A stretch of DNA of 63,934 nt, filler included, from Aduncisulcus paluster (lineage: Eukaryota): the NCBI GenBank assembly GCA_024181965.1. It is 7 parts of 7 records of this genome, joined end to end, with 100 filler letters (N's around TTAATTAATTAA, not from the genome) between each part and the next. Parts side by side here need not be neighbours in the genome. Positions count along the whole stretch, not along the records: positions 18,127 to 30,967 come from BQXS01010013.1; positions 31,068 to 38,142 come from BQXS01010014.1; 5 more parts are not named here. One strand, written 5' to 3'. Shown one piece after another: positions 22,465 to 33,555 of this stretch. The notes under the pieces were generated by a model that saw only the letters and a list, made by a program, of their open reading frames with translations, did not search any database and was not told the DNA's origin. Each line of letters opens with the position of its first letter. Positions within the stretch are counted from its first letter, which is position 1. A program made the position numbers and the translations under genes.

Positions 22465-25400
22465 ATGGATGAAAGGTTAATAGAAGAAAAAATCTATCGT
22501 TTATCCAGTGACACCGGAACTGGAAAGACACTAATTTGGCCCGCAATTATCTATTTTCGAGAATATGCTACTGGTCATCAAGTACGGGTAGTGTGTGTTC
22601 AAACAAGGAAAATTAGTGCTGATTCCCAATATAAATATATGAAAAAGATATTTGGAAGACATTTAGAGATTAGTTTAATGACATCTGAACATAGTACTTT
22701 CCATCCTGGTTCAAACATCATAATAATGACTGTAGGTATTGCACTCCGTGCTGCAATGACTGGAGAATTATGGAATTACCATTATATATTTATTGACGAG
22801 ATCCACGAGATGAATTCTGATCTTGAAGCCCTTGCTATCATTGCGTTGAACATGTTGCAGTTTAGAAGGGAATCCCGACAGCGGTCCATTCTATATTCAA
22901 TGTTAAAAGAGTGTAAATATGAAATTTCAATGCCCCATTCATTCTCTCTCTTTGACTTTGCAGATTTCCGTTGTTTGTTTTTTGCTTCAGCAAGTTCAGA
23001 CTTGGATTCTCTGTTGCCAGTCATCGAAAGTACTGGGTTTCAGTGGCAAGTTAACTGGCAAACCCTCCAAGCGAACAAAGTTCTTCTTGACTTATCGCTG
23101 GTACAATACGTCCAGAGGAGGAAAGAGCTCGGGTTTGAAGAATTCTCTATTCCTGATGAAATTTTGAAAGAAGCTGAAACCAAATATTCTGAATTGTTGA
23201 AGAAATCAAATGAAGGAAGATGGTTGCCTGATGCAAATTGTTTTGAGACACAATATAAACAATATATTGACAAAAAAATTCCCAAAATTTTTTCTGATAA
23301 ATCGCATTTCCTTAAGAATGGCAAGCTAAAAATAGCAAACCTTCTCAAAGACAAAGACCCGAATGTTCCTTTTCCTTATTCCGAATCGCCAATTGATATG
23401 CTCTCTGATCTCGGAAACACTTCAACTCACTTGGGCTCAAATCGACAGTACATTCTTCCGTATCTTGAGTTAATCGATGATATGGAATCGTGTTCTTCTG
23501 AACCTGGCAAGAGAGATCCTTTCGTTGAATTTCATGAGCATTGTGCCATTATTGGTCTTCCAATGCTCGCAAAGCGTCTTAAAGAGTTAGAAAGGATTAT
23601 TACTGTTCGGAACAAACAAATTTTAAAACAGTTACGCAAGAAGATTTCTGACGCAAGTCTTTTGGATTCAAGTGTTGTTATATTCTCGAAGGAAGAGGAA
23701 GAGAAGTTGTGTGATATCATTGCTTTCATTGCATGTGTTTCTTACAAATTCAATATTGATACAGTTCGCCAATGGAGGAATCATTATGGAACTGAAGGTA
23801 TCCCTTTTCCATCTGATATATTATTCAAGTTAGAACCTTTAAAATCTATTGTTGCTAAAATCGATTCTTTGCCTCGAGATGACATGAACTTGAAGGGAAT
23901 CGGTGGTGGATTGACATCCGAAAATAGTAGCGTGAGAAAGAGTTCTATAAATAGAATAACGTCTGAAACTAGGAAGAAATCATCACCATTTGATCATGGA
24001 TCTTCCTCTTCTTTATCGAAGTTAGATTCCTCCGAGTCTAAACTCCAATTGGAATACAAAAGAGATTTCATTGAATCCCGTGAAAAAGAAGGAAGTGACA
24101 TTCTTGTGTATCTACCGACTGTTGCTTCTCTTATGAAAGTTCAAAAACGTGTTGTGAAAGGATTCTCCGTTGAAATTGATAAGAAAATGCATCATTTCTC
24201 CATTCCTTTGTCTCAAGTATATAGATTACATGCTCTATCTTTCTCATCTTCCATATTTGAGAGAGTCATTGCTTGTCCCACTCCCCCAAAGTTACCTCGT
24301 GTGTTCTTATCCACGTCTGTGTCAGACAGTTCAATTACTTTTCCTCACTTAACGACAGTCATTGACAGTGGATTGATAAGGAAATTAAGACGTGGAGTAG
24401 CAGGAATGGAAGGAAGAGATGGAGGGGGAATTGAAATTAGTATTGCACCTTTTCTGAAAGGAAATCATGTAAAATCTTCAGAATTCAGTACAACATCTGA
24501 ACGATCTTCCTCCTCTTCTTCCTCTTCCTCCTCTTCTTCCTCAACTTCCACACATCAAAATCCAGTGATTGAAATTCATAGACCACCTTCAAAACCAACG
24601 AAACAGACAATTTCTCTACCAATATCTAAGAGTTCAAAGCCTCGATTGATTATCAAAAAACCTTCCCCTGTTGAACCCTTAACTATTAAGAAGAAGCTTG
24701 TGATACAAAGAGGAGGGAAATCCTTAATTATNNNNNNNNNNNNNNNNNNNNAAATTAGTATTGCACCTTTTCTGAAAGGAAATCATGTAAAATCTTCAGA
24801 ATTCAGTACAACATCTGAACGATCTTCCTCCTCTTCTTCCTCTTCCTCCTCTTCTTCCTCAACTTCCACACATCAAAATCCAGTGATTGAAATTCATAGA
24901 CCACCTTCAAAACCAACGAAACAGACAATTTCTCTACCAATATCTAAGAGTTCAAAGCCTCGATTGATTATCAAAAAACCTTCCCCTGTTGAACCCTTAA
25001 CTATTAAGAAGAAGCTTGTGATACAAAGAGGAGGGAAATCCTTAATTATTAACTCTGGCCTTACGGGGTCAAAATCTGAGAAGATTACCATTAAAAAGTC
25101 ACTATCTCTTGGCTCACGACCTGCGGGCAGAGCTTTCTCTTCAGCTAAGACTGAGATCTCTCATAAACTTCCAGGCTATAGAACTTCAACTTCAACTTTC
25201 ACTTCCAAACCAATCAATAAGCTCACACCACCTTTGACACTTGAAGTACGTTCCAAAATCTCTCCTCTTGGATCTCCACGATCACCTAGACAACAAACTG
25301 AACCTCTGCGTGCTACTAACTCTGATCTAGATTCTAATAGTACGAAACGTCCTTTGATCAATCCCATACAAGGCACTGGTAAGAAAACCATTACAATACC

Positions 25401-28400
25401 ATCTCATATTCCTCCAAACTCATCTACGAGTTTCTCAAGTTCTACGAGTTTCTCAAGTTCTATGAGTTCCTCACGATCTGCTGTGATAACCTATAAACAG
25501 AGAAATGACTTAATGCATCAATATTATAGGACTTTATTGATGGATGTCTTTAAGTTCCATACTAGTATAATTGATGGGTATTGTTTGAATCTCAAGAATG
25601 GAGTGAAATCAGATCCGCTTAAAATTCTAGGTTCTAGCTTATTTTCTCCAATTAATATGTCTTTTACTGATGAATCTTTCGCTCTTTATCATTCTCTTGA
25701 GAACGGATCTAATGAATTACAGCGAAAAGGAAGAATTAGGCGTGTAAAAGGACTGCCAGCAATGTATATTGGTCCAAATATCAAAGATCCAGATCCAAGA
25801 AAAGAAAAAGGGAAAAAAGATAAGGAAAAAAAGGCGGAATTAACACTAAATCATAGCAATTCTCTGCATTTCGTGTTGTGGTCCACCTTTTTGAATCTAG
25901 ATGGTAAAGCTAAAGCCAAAGAATGTTCAAAATATCTTGAAACCAAGCTTTCAGTTTCTTCGCGAAAAACATTAGCCGACAAGGGTTATCTTTCGCACGA
26001 TTACAACACTCCGACAGTTATGGGTTTCTTGACACGATCCATGTTCTCTACTCCAATTCACCATACAAAAACATGCATTATGCTGGCTTTGTGCGGTGTT
26101 CCTGTCTTTGGAAGTTGTTTATTGTCAGTATTGCAGACAGGATATGGGAAAGAAATACCCGTAAAGGGAAACACTGCTTGTGAGATTGTCTATGGAATAC
26201 ATGTACAGAAAATGTTTACTTCGAGTTCAAAGAAACATCGGCAAGAATATAATAGAGTTTCTGATCAGACGTCAATGCTTCCATTTGCTCCTTTATGCCA
26301 TGTTCTTGCACTTCTCGAGTGGAGAGTATTATTCCCCTTATCTATTGATGGAGCTGAGATTTCTTCTGAGGAAAATATGTGGTGTCAGAGAAGAGGAATA
26401 TCTATTTTTGGACTCAGAGACTGCCATCGAAGAGCTATGTCTATTCTTAGATCACTTATGGCTCTTGAAATATTTGGACTTCCTAGCGGTTTCACTGATT
26501 GTGAGAAGATCTGGCTTAATCAAGGCGTTTTGAATGCAGATGTGATTGATTCTATTTCTGGATATATCAAAGAATGTGAAAATGTTAGAAATAGCATTAA
26601 TCGAAGGCAACATCAAGTCATTTCTGATGCTATTGATACATTCCATGACCTATTATGGACTTTTAGAAAAGAGAAGAAGAAGGAAGAAGAAGAAGAGGAG
26701 GAGGAGCAGGAGGAAGAAGTGTTCAGAAAACATCCTATTAACTTGAAGAGCGAATCAATTCCAATCCAAGTTAAGTTTTCAAAGCTTTTCCTTGACTCTG
26801 TTGAGGATCAGATTGATGCTGATTCTGCATCTATCTCCATGAGTATGAAAGAACTTGTCAATTCGTGTGCTACTAATGTCTGGACAATCGCATATGCTCT
26901 GAAAGAGATCCATGAATGTCCATTTGATATCTTTTCAGTTACAGCTGTCTGTGATCAACTATGTGGTGAGTCTTATTGTATAAGAGGTATTAAATCTGTC
27001 CAAACCCAACTCTCTTCCTTTTCCTCTTCCTCCTCTTCCNNNNNNNNNNNNNNNNNNNNGGAGCAGGAGGAAGAAGTGTTCAGAAAACATCCTATTAACT
27101 TGAAGAGCGAATCAATTCCAATCCAAGTTAAGTTTTCAAAGCTTTTCCTTGACTCTGTTGAGGATCAGATTGATGCTGATTCTGCATCTATCTCCATGAG
27201 TATGAAAGAACTTGTCAATTCGTGTGCTACTAATGTCTGGACAATCGCATATGCTCTGAAAGAGATCCATGAATGTCCATTTGATATCTTTTCAGTTACA
27301 GCTGTCTGTGATCAACTATGTGGTGAGTCTTATTGTATAAGAGGTATTAAATCTGTCCAAACCCAACTCTCTTCCTTTTCCTCTTCCTCCTCTTCCTCCT
27401 CTTCCTCATCTTCATCTTCCTTTTCTCATCCAACACACCCAGCTCTGGATACAATAGAGGGGGGATTGTCTGCGGAGGAAAAGAAAGAACCTTTCCCGTC
27501 TCTCGTGTGCTCAGTGTTTGATGAATTGAATTCGTTTGAGACTAAAGCTAATATTGTGAAAAGAGAACGTACAGATAATGTTCTGATTAAAAAGAGGAAA
27601 GATATGAACGCAGACGTTGTTATTGAAAAGGTAGTCGACGTTAGAAGAAAGAAGAAATCCTTGAAGATTATGAAGAAGAAGCGAGGAATATTCCACTCGG
27701 ATGAAAGGATAGGACAATATAGTCAATCGCAAGAACTTCCGAAGAAAGATTTCCTTCATATCATTGGTAAAATTAAGACGAATCGCTCAATACAAAATGA
27801 CAAAGAGCTTGATGGAGATTTGGGGAGAGAAGACAGTGACATCAGTGAAGGTGAAGAAGAAGAAGAAGAGGAAGAAGAAGAAGAGGAAGAGGAAGAAGAG
27901 GAATCCAGTTCAAGTGACGAGTTGATAGATGAAAATGATCTTCAGTTCGATTCTCTTGCTCCTCCTGCTCCTCCTTCTCCTTCCAAGGGTATCAAAGATT
28001 TCTATTGTGATATCTCCAAGAAGATGACATCCATTCTCTCTAATATATGTAATGGTTTATTCGTTGTGGTATTACCCCATTCTGATTTTTCTTCTGAACA
28101 ACCTCTTGATAGCGAGTCTTCCAAGGTTCCTATGGAGCCATATCAAGGACACCAGCGAGTGAAAGGAGAAGAAAGGGTAAGGGAACAACCTAAACTCGAT
28201 GTTTTGTATGGATTCGTGTCATTAAACTGTGTCCAGTGTCGTTTGCATACATTCTCTCCCTTTTCTCTGTTATCCATACCCGTCATTTCTATGAATCAAG
28301 GTGTGTTCTTATCCTCAATTATCACCCATTCTCTTCAAAAATACTCAATAGCAATGCCTCTGCACCCTTTCTTAACGGGTGATGGGTCTGATAATGTTTC

Positions 28401-30201
28401 TCACTCTCTTTCTCTTTCTCTTTTGACTGATGATGCCAAAAAGAGATCTCTCGAGTTTGAACACTATCCATGTCAATATGTCCCTTTCTTCCCAATTCCT
28501 TTCCTAATTCGTCCGACAATACCATCTATTCGGACAGTCCACAAAAGCCCAATCGTCTTTGTTCAAAGCATGCTCGTACATGGCAAATCTGTTGATCTTC
28601 AGTACGAGGTTCCTATGGATTCCCAGGGGCATGATGGTGGCTTTGTTAACGAACTCCTTGATCCGGCTATATCCAAGACAATCGTGGGAACTTTCAGTCA
28701 AGTCTTTGCAGACACAAAAGATGGAGTTACAGAGTGTAGGATGATCAATCCTTCGATTGTTAGTTCAAAGGCTGCACTGCTTTCTGCGTTACTCTCTTCT
28801 CCGCTGTTAAAGATCCACGAGGGCAATGCCGATACTCATGATTCTCTTCGATGTGAGTATAAACTCATAACCGAAGCTGAGAGATCTGCAACGCTTTATC
28901 TTATGAAATGGCAGGATCAGGCAGTGAAAGAAAGAGCTCCTTTACCGACTCCTATTAACGAACATGTTGGTGAGTATTGTAATGGGAATGATATGAATGA
29001 ACCTTTGTCTGCCGATCCTTGCGAAAAAGAAGATGAGGCAGTGCCAAGAGATATCATCAAGAAAGAAAGTGAAAAAGAAATGGAGTCCGTTGACCCTGAA
29101 CCCATACAGAGATCAACGAGACAAGGTTTGGAAATTGATTTTGATAACGAAACTGTTCGCGCATATGATGATTCAAACTCAGAACAGTGTGAGGATGGCG
29201 ATTGGCGAGATCCAACAACACATGGCACTCAACTCGAGCAATTGAGTGAAGATGATAGCACTGAAAGTGATGATTTGGAGCAAAGTGATGATTTGGAGCA
29301 AAGTGAACTTGATGTGTTTGCCAAAAAATCGCAATTTGACACTTTCACTTGCTGTGCCAAGGATGCATTAACCATTTTTAAACTGTTTACCCGATTAACA
29401 GTGTCAGATTCTCCCGTATCTCAGCAATCCCTTGCTTCGATGGGTCTTGAACTTATGTATCCCAATCTCAGTGAATGGATTGAGAGAGGACAGGGCAAAG
29501 GTGATGATTTTGCATGGAAAATGTCCATTTATCCTGAAATATTGGAAACATATTGCCCATCAAATACTTGTCCATCTGATCGTAGTGGAGGTTTTAGCGG
29601 TAAGAGAATAAGTCCGGAGTTTTGTTTAGGTATTATTATTGACAAAGTCGTGCGTGATGAGAATGTAAAGCTATATAATCCTACAGGCACACCATGCATG
29701 GGTGAAGAAGATCCCTCGAAAAGTGGAGTATTTTCAAAGCTTGATAACTGGTCTTATACTTATAAACCTAGTCGTTTAGATAAGTTAAAGGGTGATTCTT
29801 CCTTCCCCGATGGTTTAGGAATTGTTGACACTGTCTCAATAGCTCCAATGGAAGAAGAGAGAGACATCAGTGGAGGAAGAAGAAAGGAGGAAGATATACA
29901 GGATAGCCCAGAGAAATATAGGCAAGAAGCAAGAGAAGCTGAGGATTTACTCGGGATATTTATAGATTTCGGTGATGAATTTGCACAAGAACACGTCACA
30001 TCTCAACAGCCACGCCTACACGTTGACATTACAGGCGAAGAAAAAGTATTGAAGGAGGGTGAAATTGTGTCTGCCGAAGAATCGTCATATTTACGTGAAG
30101 ATAGTGGGAATCATTCATTTATCAATGAATACTCAGAAGTTACAGATGAGAAGGATTATTCTGATGTTCAAAGCGTCATTCTATCAAGAGGAGAATTCTA
30201 A
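22465..30201 (+). CDS. Highly divergent DEAH/RHA-family (DExH) RNA helicase with large insertions; ~2,350 aa after removing two gap duplications
   Basis: Motif I DTGTGKT, Ia VCVQTRKISA, Ib MTVGIALR, II IDEIHE, IV DILVYLPT, V STSVSDSSITFPHLTTVIDSG, VI QRKGRIRR. Confidence 0.8.
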   Translation: MDERLIEEKIYRLSSDTGTGKTLIWPAIIYFREYATGHQVRVVCVQTRKISADSQYKYMKKIFGRHLEISLMTSEHSTFHPGSNIIIMTVGIALRAAMTGELWNYHYIFIDEIHEMNSDLEALAIIALNMLQFRRESRQRSILYSMLKECKYEISMPHSFSLFDFADFRCLFFASASSDLDSLLPVIESTGFQWQVNWQTLQANKVLLDLSLVQYVQRRKELGFEEFSIPDEILKEAETKYSELLKKSNEGRWLPDANCFETQYKQYIDKKIPKIFSDKSHFLKNGKLKIANLLKDKDPNVPFPYSESPIDMLSDLGNTSTHLGSNRQYILPYLELIDDMESCSSEPGKRDPFVEFHEHCAIIGLPMLAKRLKELERIITVRNKQILKQLRKKISDASLLDSSVVIFSKEEEEKLCDIIAFIACVSYKFNIDTVRQWRNHYGTEGIPFPSDILFKLEPLKSIVAKIDSLPRDDMNLKGIGGGLTSENSSVRKSSINRITSETRKKSSPFDHGSSSSLSKLDSSESKLQLEYKRDFIESREKEGSDILVYLPTVASLMKVQKRVVKGFSVEIDKKMHHFSIPLSQVYRLHALSFSSSIFERVIACPTPPKLPRVFLSTSVSDSSITFPHLTTVIDSGLIRKLRRGVAGMEGRDGGGIEISIAPFLKGNHVKSSEFSTTSERSSSSSSSSSSSSSTSTHQNPVIEIHRPPSKPTKQTISLPISKSSKPRLIIKKPSPVEPLTIKKKLVIQRGGKSLIXXXXXXXXISIAPFLKGNHVKSSEFSTTSERSSSSSSSSSSSSSTSTHQNPVIEIHRPPSKPTKQTISLPISKSSKPRLIIKKPSPVEPLTIKKKLVIQRGGKSLIINSGLTGSKSEKITIKKSLSLGSRPAGRAFSSAKTEISHKLPGYRTSTSTFTSKPINKLTPPLTLEVRSKISPLGSPRSPRQQTEPLRATNSDLDSNSTKRPLINPIQGTGKKTITIPSHIPPNSSTSFSSSTSFSSSMSSSRSAVITYKQRNDLMHQYYRTLLMDVFKFHTSIIDGYCLNLKNGVKSDPLKILGSSLFSPINMSFTDESFALYHSLENGSNELQRKGRIRRVKGLPAMYIGPNIKDPDPRKEKGKKDKEKKAELTLNHSNSLHFVLWSTFLNLDGKAKAKECSKYLETKLSVSSRKTLADKGYLSHDYNTPTVMGFLTRSMFSTPIHHTKTCIMLALCGVPVFGSCLLSVLQTGYGKEIPVKGNTACEIVYGIHVQKMFTSSSKKHRQEYNRVSDQTSMLPFAPLCHVLALLEWRVLFPLSIDGAEISSEENMWCQRRGISIFGLRDCHRRAMSILRSLMALEIFGLPSGFTDCEKIWLNQGVLNADVIDSISGYIKECENVRNSINRRQHQVISDAIDTFHDLLWTFRKEKKKEEEEEEEEQEEEVFRKHPINLKSESIPIQVKFSKLFLDSVEDQIDADSASISMSMKELVNSCATNVWTIAYALKEIHECPFDIFSVTAVCDQLCGESYCIRGIKSVQTQLSSFSSSSSSXXXXXXXEQEEEVFRKHPINLKSESIPIQVKFSKLFLDSVEDQIDADSASISMSMKELVNSCATNVWTIAYALKEIHECPFDIFSVTAVCDQLCGESYCIRGIKSVQTQLSSFSSSSSSSSSSSSSSFSHPTHPALDTIEGGLSAEEKKEPFPSLVCSVFDELNSFETKANIVKRERTDNVLIKKRKDMNADVVIEKVVDVRRKKKSLKIMKKKRGIFHSDERIGQYSQSQELPKKDFLHIIGKIKTNRSIQNDKELDGDLGREDSDISEGEEEEEEEEEEEEEEEEESSSSDELIDENDLQFDSLAPPAPPSPSKGIKDFYCDISKKMTSILSNICNGLFVVVLPHSDFSSEQPLDSESSKVPMEPYQGHQRVKGEERVREQPKLDVLYGFVSLNCVQCRLHTFSPFSLLSIPVISMNQGVFLSSIITHSLQKYSIAMPLHPFLTGDGSDNVSHSLSLSLLTDDAKKRSLEFEHYPCQYVPFFPIPFLIRPTIPSIRTVHKSPIVFVQSMLVHGKSVDLQYEVPMDSQGHDGGFVNELLDPAISKTIVGTFSQVFADTKDGVTECRMINPSIVSSKAALLSALLSSPLLKIHEGNADTHDSLRCEYKLITEAERSATLYLMKWQDQAVKERAPLPTPINEHVGEYCNGNDMNEPLSADPCEKEDEAVPRDIIKKESEKEMESVDPEPIQRSTRQGLEIDFDNETVRAYDDSNSEQCEDGDWRDPTTHGTQLEQLSEDDSTESDDLEQSDDLEQSELDVFAKKSQFDTFTCCAKDALTIFKLFTRLTVSDSPVSQQSLASMGLELMYPNLSEWIERGQGKGDDFAWKMSIYPEILETYCPSNTCPSDRSGGFSGKRISPEFCLGIIIDKVVRDENVKLYNPTGTPCMGEEDPSKSGVFSKLDNWSYTYKPSRLDKLKGDSSFPDGLGIVDTVSIAPMEEERDISGGRRKEEDIQDSPEKYRQEAREAEDLLGIFIDFGDEFAQEHVTSQQPRLHVDITGEEKVLKEGEIVSAEESSYLREDSGNHSFINEYSEVTDEKDYSDVQSVILSRGEF
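24434..25049. repeat. Assembly duplication (298 bp) across the 20-N gap at 24732-24751
   Basis: Offset 318 nt adds 106 spurious codons to the helicase ORF; the segment contains a poly-Ser (TCY)n tract. Confidence 0.9.
26703..27396. repeat. Assembly duplication (337 bp) across the 20-N gap at 27040-27059
   Basis: Offset 357 nt adds 119 spurious codons; bounded by poly-Glu and poly-Ser microsatellites. Confidence 0.9.
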
Positions 30202-30702
30202 TATGTGATCATAGTTCTTGAAAGAAGAACTCTGATATCTGTTCCAAAACGGTTGTTCCGAACCAATCCCGCCTCCTATTTTGATCCGAAGAGAAAGTCC
30301 AAAGTACTACTTTAAAGCCTCCTTATCCGAGAGAAAATCCAGAGTAAAAAGAAGATTTGATAATACACAAGGAAATTGATAATTATTTCATAGATTTAAT
30401 TAAAAAGCATTTATTTACATCCCAATAAATCCCCCCAATGTATGAAATTATACACTATACACGCCATTCCGGCATTCATTTTCCTATCTCTGGATGTCAA
30501 CAATATTATCAAATATAGATGTTTTTTAGTTCACAAATTTATACATTTATATCACTCTCATGACATGGACTTCCTTGGTTATATTGTCAATATCGATAGA
30601 ATTGGAGTTTGAAACGAACTGTCCATTTTCTCCGTATTATGAACAACACCCATTTTTTTGAGGTGATATTTTTATTTGTAAATTGTTGTGAAATATCATA
30701 AA

Positions 30703-30967
30703 ATGCCTCCAATCGATTCAAAAGAGGCGCCAACAACATCTAGAGTTTCAGAAGGCTCTCTTGTCCAAGTTGAGGGGAGAGAAGATACAAAATCTAACCA
30801 ACCGTTAATGACAACTTCAAAAGATTATGTTGTCAGCGATGAGATTAAAAAATGCGAAGCCATAAAAAGATTCAAGATTTTATTGGATCAACCTTCAATT
30901 TCGAGTATTATTCAATGTATAGATGATGAATCATACGATTCACTGACACTATCTGGATCTTTTAGAC
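30703..30967 (+). CDS. Hypothetical protein, N-terminal fragment (3'-partial)
   Basis: ATG follows an AT-rich leader; frame is open into the linker; no recognised motif. Confidence 0.5.
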
Positions 30968-31067
30968 NNNNNNNNNNNNNNNNNNNNNNNNNNNNNNNNN
31001 NNNNNNNNNNNTTAATTAATTAANNNNNNNNNNNNNNNNNNNNNNNNNNNNNNNNNNNNNNNNNNNN
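30968..31067. other. Artificial contig linker
   Basis: N44-TTAATTAATTAA-N44. Confidence 0.99.
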
Positions 31068-31880
31068 AAAGATAAATTGGACGAGTGGAAGTTGATATGT
31101 AGAGCCATTAAAGAAGCTACTCTTGCTCCACTTGAAAAGAGGGATCTTAAAATAAGGAGACGCGAATTAGTTGAAGAACTCTCGACATTGCGTAGAACCT
31201 TGAACGATTGCTTTCAAAATGCACAAACGAATGTGTTCAATATCATGTCCGATCCTCAACATCTTACTCAAATTCTTGAGAAGGTCCGAAAGGCTCAAGT
31301 CAGCCGCCGCCCCTCTGGAATGAAATTGCTGTCAGTTCCTGATAGAGTTATTAAAGAATGGGATCGCCAAGAGAAGATAAAAGATGAGAAAGCAAGGAAA
31401 CACCAGGAGAAGCTTCGTGAAAGGAGAGAGCAGCAGATGAAGAAGAAGCAAGAAGAGGAAGAAAGGGCTGCGATCGAAGAAGAAGAGCGGATCATCCAAG
31501 AGCAACAAGAACGAGCCAGGGAGAGCGAGAGGGAGAGAGAGAGGGAGCGAGAGAGTAGGTTTGTGGAGAATGAGATCTCACATTCATCATCTTCCCCAAG
31601 AACAGCTTCACCATCACCTGAAATAATGGCCATGATACCTTCATTTGAGGATATATACGTTCAGAGTGAAAGGATAACAACATTGCGAGGGAAGCTTTTA
31701 ACTTTGAAGAATAGATGTGATATGGGTAAGATCATTGATGGGACATTGTTGCCAGGGTCCGATCTTTTCAAACCTCCTCCAGTTCTTCCTTGTGGAAAGG
31801 TAAGCAAACTGCCGTGTCTTGTCCCGGAAAGTGTTTTCTTTTCTTTCTATAATGCAAAAAGGAAAGGTCTTAAGGTATAA
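31068..31880 (+). CDS. Hypothetical coiled-coil protein, C-terminal part (5'-partial)
   Basis: Frame is open from the contig edge; E/R/K-rich helix (ERERERERES). Confidence 0.65.
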   Translation, partial: KDKLDEWKLICRAIKEATLAPLEKRDLKIRRRELVEELSTLRRTLNDCFQNAQTNVFNIMSDPQHLTQILEKVRKAQVSRRPSGMKLLSVPDRVIKEWDRQEKIKDEKARKHQEKLRERREQQMKKKQEEEERAAIEEEERIIQEQQERARESERERERERESRFVENEISHSSSSPRTASPSPEIMAMIPSFEDIYVQSERITTLRGKLLTLKNRCDMGKIIDGTLLPGSDLFKPPPVLPCGKVSKLPCLVPESVFFSFYNAKRKGLKV

Positions 31881-32210
31881 TTCATAAAAAAACGTCACGT
31901 TTTTCAAAACTGTTAATATTCGATCGCCTGCCACGATCTTTTATTTTGAATTTCTTAATCCATGAAATTTGAAAGTTTTTTCAATTCTAAATTGTTTCAT
32001 TTCTTGAAAGAATGGTCAAATCGGTTTTGAGGCATGAGGCATGTATTGTGAATGGATTAAAAAAATAAACTCAATTAATCTTGATTCTTCATTCAATTTT
32101 TATTAATAATTTGAAATCCGGAACAAAAATAAATTGACAAATCCAGAATAGAACAATGAATGAGGTTTTCCTTCGAGTTCGATTTTGAGATATCATTATA
32201 ATTATTATAA

Positions 32211-33026
32211 ATGGCTAAACTAGCTCCCTTTAATATCGTCGTGGCCCTAGCTGGTGTTCTCTATCCAATTATTAAAAGTTTAAAATGTATTGTTGCTCAT
32301 GAGAAGGATACCAGTTGTGGAAGAGCTGAAAGAAGCAACATTCTCGTTTATTGGATAAGTTTTGCTCTTTTCCGTATTGCTGAATTCTTTTTAGATCGAA
32401 TATTATTTTTTCTCCCCTTTTATCGCTTAATTAAAATAGTCGGCTTTATTTGGATGCAGTCTCCGAAATATGGCGGGGCTCATTTGATTTATTCCTTTGT
32501 TATACACCCTATCATGGTCAAATTTGATATTATTGAAGAAGAAGAGGAGGAGGAGGAATCCGAGGAAGTGTCCGAAAAAACGAGAATAGCACAAGAAAAA
32601 GCGGCTGCAAAAGCGGCCAAAGAAAAAGAAAAGAAAGAAAAAGAAGAGGCCAAATTAAGAGAAAAGAAAGAAAAAGACGAGGCCAAGCGTTTAGCCAAAT
32701 TGGAAGAAAAGAGACAAAAAGAAGAAGCTAAACGTCTGAAAGATCTGAAAAAACAACGAGAAAAAAGAGAGAAGGAAGAAGCGAAGAGATTGATTGCTGA
32801 AAAGAAAAAGCCGGTTGAACCACCAAAAGTCAAAGAATCCAAGCCAAGTGACACCTCAAAAAGTCCCGAGCTTTCCTCCTCCAGTGAACCTGAGCCCAAA
32901 ACTCCCAAGCATCGTAGACATAGAAAACATAGAAGACACAGGAAAGATAGAATTGAACACCACACTCCTCAACAATATCCAGATATTGATATTGATATTG
33001 ACAATCCTTTCCCTTTTGCCATGTAA
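32211..33026 (+). CDS. TB2/DP1/HVA22 (REEP/Yop1) family ER-shaping protein with charged coiled-coil tail
   Basis: GVLYPIIKSLKCI, LVYWISFALF, FLPFYRLIKIVGFIWMQSPKYGGAHLIYSFVIHP match the family signature. Confidence 0.9.
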   Translation: MAKLAPFNIVVALAGVLYPIIKSLKCIVAHEKDTSCGRAERSNILVYWISFALFRIAEFFLDRILFFLPFYRLIKIVGFIWMQSPKYGGAHLIYSFVIHPIMVKFDIIEEEEEEEESEEVSEKTRIAQEKAAAKAAKEKEKKEKEEAKLREKKEKDEAKRLAKLEEKRQKEEAKRLKDLKKQREKREKEEAKRLIAEKKKPVEPPKVKESKPSDTSKSPELSSSSEPEPKTPKHRRHRKHRRHRKDRIEHHTPQQYPDIDIDIDNPFPFAM

Positions 33027-33555
33027 TTGGTGTTGTTTGAGGTCTTTATGTTGAGTATGCATTGGATTGAAGCAAATGGCATATGTTAGAGTATTTTTTG
33101 ATCAATTAATGATCATAAAATCTTGTTTATGCCCAATTTCAATCATTTTTTTTTTTCTGTCTCGTGATCTTTTTTTTATTTTTGAAGATCCACATTGTTT
33201 TTGTTTTTATACAAACCAATTTATTTACTTTTTGCTTCTTCCTTGTCACATGAACTTTTTTTTCTTTAACTCAGTTAAATGTCAGGCCGACATGGAAAAT
33301 AATTTTTAGGAGCAAAATCTTTCAGGTTTTTATTGTGAAACGCGGTTTCTTGTTCAAAATTGTAATTATATTGATGAAAATAAGGCTTTTTGGCAACATT
33401 TTTAAAGATTGCAACCAATAAATGAAGAGATTACAATTAAAATCCCCATTTTGTTTGAGCTCACATGAAATGAAACCCATTCCAAAAATAAATAAAGTCA
33501 GTTTCGTCAACTTGACGACTGTTTCTTAGAATTTGTCATAAGTAAGAAGTGCCTA

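Noticed and set aside
24434-27396. Internal tandem duplications in the helicase (and in the BEACH and fibre genes)
   Set aside because: Each pair directly flanks a 20-N gap and is near-identical; these are unmerged contig overlaps.
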